Shown here one piece after another: positions 60,398-64,000 of a stretch of 64,000 nt of DNA. Position 1 is the stretch's first letter, and each line of letters begins with the position of its first letter. Source of the DNA: an uncultured Poribacteria bacterium (GTDB lineage Bacteria; Poribacteria; WGA-4E; WGA-3G). Location: assembly GCA_951813565.1 (NCBI GenBank), contig OX638351.1, forward strand, positions 2,336,001-2,400,000, in the 5' to 3' direction. The notes below the pieces were generated by a model. The model was not told the DNA's origin. It searched no databases and worked only from the letters and a program-made list of their open reading frames with translations. A program made the translations under genes and the position numbers.

Positions 60398-63280
60398 ATG
60401 ATGAAAAAACTGATTATTATTTTAATGTTAATAGCCTTGCTTTACGTATCGAGCATCGCACAGAAAATTCCTCAATCAGAAAACACAGCACACAAACCTG
60501 ATATAGCAGTTGATACTTACCACCCGGACGACAACGTTGGACATCCCACGTTCATGAGTCCACACGCTTCACCAATTGTAATAAGCGATGGCTATGTTTT
60601 TGTCGTGAATACACCCGCAGATACAGTTGACATCATTGACACCGACACGCATGCCATTGTAAAACGTATCAACGTCGGAATTGATCCCGTCAGTATTGCT
60701 GTCCGTCCCGATGGTAAAGAGGTGTGGGTAGCGAATCATGTTTCGGATTCGGTAAGCGTTATCGATACAAATTCGACGAGTCCGACGTGGCTTCAGATTA
60801 TTGATACGGTACAGGACTTTGACCCCGAAACCCGTGCCACCCGTTTTGACGAACCTGTAGGCATCGCTTTTGCCAGTAATGAGAAAGCCTATGTTGCCCT
60901 CTCCTCCGAAAATCAGATTGCCATTATCAACGTAACCACACGCCAAGTGGACAAAAGACTTGACATCACAGCGCAAGACCCGCGCGCTATCACCGTCCGT
61001 GGGAATCGCCTCTACGTCATTCCTTTTGAGTCTAACAACAAAACGCAGCTTTCAGGTGCTCCCGGTCCGATTGATGGCAAAATGATTACTTTTGATGCAC
61101 AAAAACATGTCATTGACAAAAATAATGTTCTGTCAATAGGGGCAGTGTTAGACATCATCAAACATCCCAAGGTGCCGGACCGTGACTTGTACGTTTTTGA
61201 TACTAAGACAGACGAACTCGTTGAGACTGTTGACACACTCGGCACACTGCTTTATGGCTTGACAGTTGATTCCAAAGGACAAGTATTCATTGCGCAGACA
61301 GACGCTCGTAACGATGCCAACGGTTTGTCAGGAACAAAAAATCATGGTCTGGCAGAGTTGGAGAATAGGGCATTTTTGAACCAGATTACAAGCGTCAGTT
61401 TCAACAGCGATTCTGCTAAAGAGCCAAATTTTATTGATCTTGAACCATTGCCACCAGAGCATCCGAAACAAGGTGAGGCCTTAGCAACACCTTTTGCGAT
61501 TCAAATCAGTGATGACGATACCACGTTGGTTGTATCTGCGGCAGGGTCAGATAAACTCTTTACTGTTGATGCTGCCAGCGGGAAGATTCTTGGGCGCGTT
61601 GATGTTGACGCGGTGCCGCGAGGCATTGCACTTGAGTCTAATGTTGAAGGTAAACCTTCCCGTGCTTGGGTTTTCAATGCGGTGGCAAACACGGTATCCC
61701 TCGTCAATCTGTCAGATCTCATTCGTCCAGAGGCAGTTGAGAGTATTCCATTAGAAGATCCTACACATCCCGCCGTTAAGCGTGGACGAATCGTCTTCAA
61801 CGATGCCGATGCATCTACTACCGGCACTTTTTCTTGTGCAAGTTGCCATCCTGATGGACATACCGATCAACTGCTCTGGGTATTAGAAACACCGATTGTC
61901 ACAGGTGCGAAACAGATTATGCCGCGTTCAACGATGCCTGTCCGTGGCTTGCGCGACACTGAACCTTATCACTGGGATGGTATTCCTGGTGACCCTTACG
62001 GAGGCAATAACAGCGCGAACGTTTATAAAAAAGTTGAACCCAACAGCATCCTTGGCAACCCGGAAAGTAGTGTTCGACATCTTATAGACGGAAGTCTTGC
62101 TACGACGATGAGCATGGTAGGTGTTGCGGTTGAAAATGATGAGGGCAAACGTGGCGCATTGACAAAAGTTGAACGTGACGATTTGGCGATATTCCTACTG
62201 AATGTTCTCTATCCACCCGCACAAAGACGTGCCTACACAAACGTTTTGTCAAACGAAGCACAAAAAGGATTCAAGTTATTCCATATTGACGGTGACCTAC
62301 AAGGAAAACCTGAACCGAATGTCTGCGGTGACTGCCATCGCATGCCGTTTTGGGTGAGTACCAACACACCAGGGACCGGAATGGAAGCCCCCACATGGCG
62401 CGGTGCTTATGACCGTTGGCTTATCCTTCCACAGGGAAGACTAAACTTAATTGATTTTGATTTCTATCAACGGGTTGCAGAACGTGGGATTCCTGAACAA
62501 CGTGTATGGCAATTCTCGTGGGCTGGCAGAAAACGTTTCGACCCCGTCTGGAACATGGTATTGGAAGGCAGTACCGGTTTTTCCGGTGCTTTCGCTCGGC
62601 AAGTTACACTCAATAAGGAATCTGCCCTCACCCGACCTACTCGTGACATATTGAACACATTGGAACTATCTGCAAAGGAAGGCGGCATTATGCTTCTCGG
62701 CGAAGGTGTGCTCATTGATGGCGACAAATCTACACCTGTTACACTTCAGTTCAAAGAGGGTAAATATGTCAAAAAAGATGATGACCACAAAACCTTTACC
62801 CGAGCACAATTGGTTTTGTTCGCTTCTGATGGTAAATTCGTTGGCACTTTTACTGCGCGGCATGGCGCAAAGGTGGGTATTGATAATCCACAGCCAGGGA
62901 TTTGGACTTTAGGGCCAATTGAAGCACAACGCGGACATCAGGATTTTCCTGTTCTGTCACCTGATAATACCACGATGACAGTCAGTGGTCGGCACATCCA
63001 CGAAGGTGCACATCTTTACGTTAATGGAAGGCGAGTAGATGGCACCATTACCTCTCAACAAGGAAAGTTTTTTGACTTAGATTTCACCGTTAAATTAGAA
63101 AAATTGCCAGAAGTTGGTATGCACTTACTCCAGATCCAAAATCCGGACGGGATGTTCAGTAACGACTTCATCTTCCATGTCGCTGAAGAAAAGAAGGGCG
63201 ATGACGCTAAAGTAAACTCTCGGAAATCTAAAAAAAGTGTTGAATTCCTAAAGCAAATTCTTGAAAAACCTAAGAAATAG
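60398..63280 (+). CDS. Secreted YncE/YVTN beta-propeller fused to a di-haem cytochrome c domain
   Basis: Signal peptide; VGIDPVSIAVRPDGKEVWVAN; CASCH and CGDCH. Confidence 0.85.
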   Translation: MMKKLIIILMLIALLYVSSIAQKIPQSENTAHKPDIAVDTYHPDDNVGHPTFMSPHASPIVISDGYVFVVNTPADTVDIIDTDTHAIVKRINVGIDPVSIAVRPDGKEVWVANHVSDSVSVIDTNSTSPTWLQIIDTVQDFDPETRATRFDEPVGIAFASNEKAYVALSSENQIAIINVTTRQVDKRLDITAQDPRAITVRGNRLYVIPFESNNKTQLSGAPGPIDGKMITFDAQKHVIDKNNVLSIGAVLDIIKHPKVPDRDLYVFDTKTDELVETVDTLGTLLYGLTVDSKGQVFIAQTDARNDANGLSGTKNHGLAELENRAFLNQITSVSFNSDSAKEPNFIDLEPLPPEHPKQGEALATPFAIQISDDDTTLVVSAAGSDKLFTVDAASGKILGRVDVDAVPRGIALESNVEGKPSRAWVFNAVANTVSLVNLSDLIRPEAVESIPLEDPTHPAVKRGRIVFNDADASTTGTFSCASCHPDGHTDQLLWVLETPIVTGAKQIMPRSTMPVRGLRDTEPYHWDGIPGDPYGGNNSANVYKKVEPNSILGNPESSVRHLIDGSLATTMSMVGVAVENDEGKRGALTKVERDDLAIFLLNVLYPPAQRRAYTNVLSNEAQKGFKLFHIDGDLQGKPEPNVCGDCHRMPFWVSTNTPGTGMEAPTWRGAYDRWLILPQGRLNLIDFDFYQRVAERGIPEQRVWQFSWAGRKRFDPVWNMVLEGSTGFSGAFARQVTLNKESALTRPTRDILNTLELSAKEGGIMLLGEGVLIDGDKSTPVTLQFKEGKYVKKDDDHKTFTRAQLVLFASDGKFVGTFTARHGAKVGIDNPQPGIWTLGPIEAQRGHQDFPVLSPDNTTMTVSGRHIHEGAHLYVNGRRVDGTITSQQGKFFDLDFTVKLEKLPEVGMHLLQIQNPDGMFSNDFIFHVAEEKKGDDAKVNSRKSKKSVEFLKQILEKPKK

Positions 63281-63319
63281 TAATAAGCAAACGTATATCC
63301 ACAAGGAGGTAACGTTATT

Positions 63320-63436
63320 ATGGAAGGTTACGGTTTAGGTCTCAGCATAGGTTTAGCTGCCGTAATAGCATCTACAAGCGGTAACACTCGAAAGAAAGTT
63401 GAACGACAATTACGCAACGCAATGTTTGATGTATGA
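63320..63436 (+). CDS. Small ORF (38 aa) or gene remnant
   Basis: AAGGAGGT RBS; MEGYGLGLSIGLAAVIASTSGNTRKKVERQLRNAMFDV*. Confidence 0.4.
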   Translation: MEGYGLGLSIGLAAVIASTSGNTRKKVERQLRNAMFDV

Positions 63437-63466
63437 AAGTAATTCTAAAACCTACTATAAAAACCT

Positions 63467-63780
63467 AAGTTGCTACCTATGTAGCACAAACTTTTAGTGG
63501 AGTGTCTACCGAAATTTTGCGGGTAAAGGTCGCGATTCGGAGATCGCTCCTACAGAACACCCCTCTTTGTAGGAGGGAACTCCGATTCCCGACTACTGAC
63601 ACGAATCGCAATTTTAGTGTAGACAGAACATTAGTTTGTGTCATAAGGGCGCAAACTGAAAGTGCTATCAACGGTATGAATGCCTTAATGGCATTCCCCG
63701 TGCTACAAAATCTATGCTAATAGTGAACTATCCGATTAAAAAGGTGTTTTTTATGTCAATTATCTTGTAGGTAGCAACTT
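63467..63780. mobile_element. Composite MITE with REPs and one AATCAA-type hairpin
   Basis: AAGTTGCTACCT ... AGGTAGCAACTT ends; REP pair at 63527-63592; hairpin at 63667-63700. Confidence 0.65.
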
Positions 63781-63806
63781 GAGTTATAAAAGGAGGTTAT
63801 GGACAG

Positions 63807-64000
63807 ATGAAAGTCGTAATGGCGAACCTAATGCTCGCGTGCGTCAGTTTAATTGTTCTGTGTCTAATGTTTGCCAGTTTCAGCAGTGCTGAATTGGATC
63901 CAAAAACTGTTGTTGGGATGTGGCTCTTTGATGAGAATAAGGGTAATACAGCGAAGGATTCCTCTGAAAGTGCCAATGACGGGAAACTTATGAACAGTCC
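63807..64000 (+). CDS. Secreted LamG-like protein, 3'-truncated by the window edge
   Basis: MKVVMANLMLAC..ELDPKTVVGMWLFDENKGNTAKDSSESANDGKL parallels the 10905 protein; AGGAGG upstream. Confidence 0.85.
   Translation, partial: MKVVMANLMLACVSLIVLCLMFASFSSAELDPKTVVGMWLFDENKGNTAKDSSESANDGKLMNS

Overview
A gene-dense bacterial window of roughly 42-45% GC (by eye). Its content is most consistent with Candidatus Poribacteria or a similar sponge-associated lineage; this is inferred from LamG proteins ending in AVSPIGRLTTTWGGIK, WD40 proteins with a W-x-LPEG-x-x-ARxGKG N-terminus, paired PhyH genes, PSD1/DUF1501 genes, and many ankyrin, TPR, LRR and MORN proteins. It holds about 50 CDS, mostly metabolic or repeat-protein genes, and I saw no rRNA, tRNA, CRISPR array or reverse transcriptase. 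Two IS elements have exact ends. One is a tnpB-only IS200/IS605 element (7487-8850) inserted into the signal peptide of a trypsin-TPR lipoprotein gene; the other is an IS701/ISAba11-like element (59174-60264). The intergenic DNA is built from nested repeats: GTAG/GTGG REP-like palindromes, several MITE families, and about 20 copies of a tiny (about 33-36 nt) AATCAA-tagged hairpin. That hairpin inserts without target duplication into other repeats and into its own loop, up to five deep. It is the best candidate for an undescribed system, followed by a duplicated module of stand-alone PolX N-terminal HhH proteins paired with MORN/Zn-ribbon proteins (4-11 kb). Several pseudogenes absent from or truncated in the ORF track were also found: mazF with an amber stop, an ankyrin remnant, a WD40 remnant and a frameshifted MORN gene.
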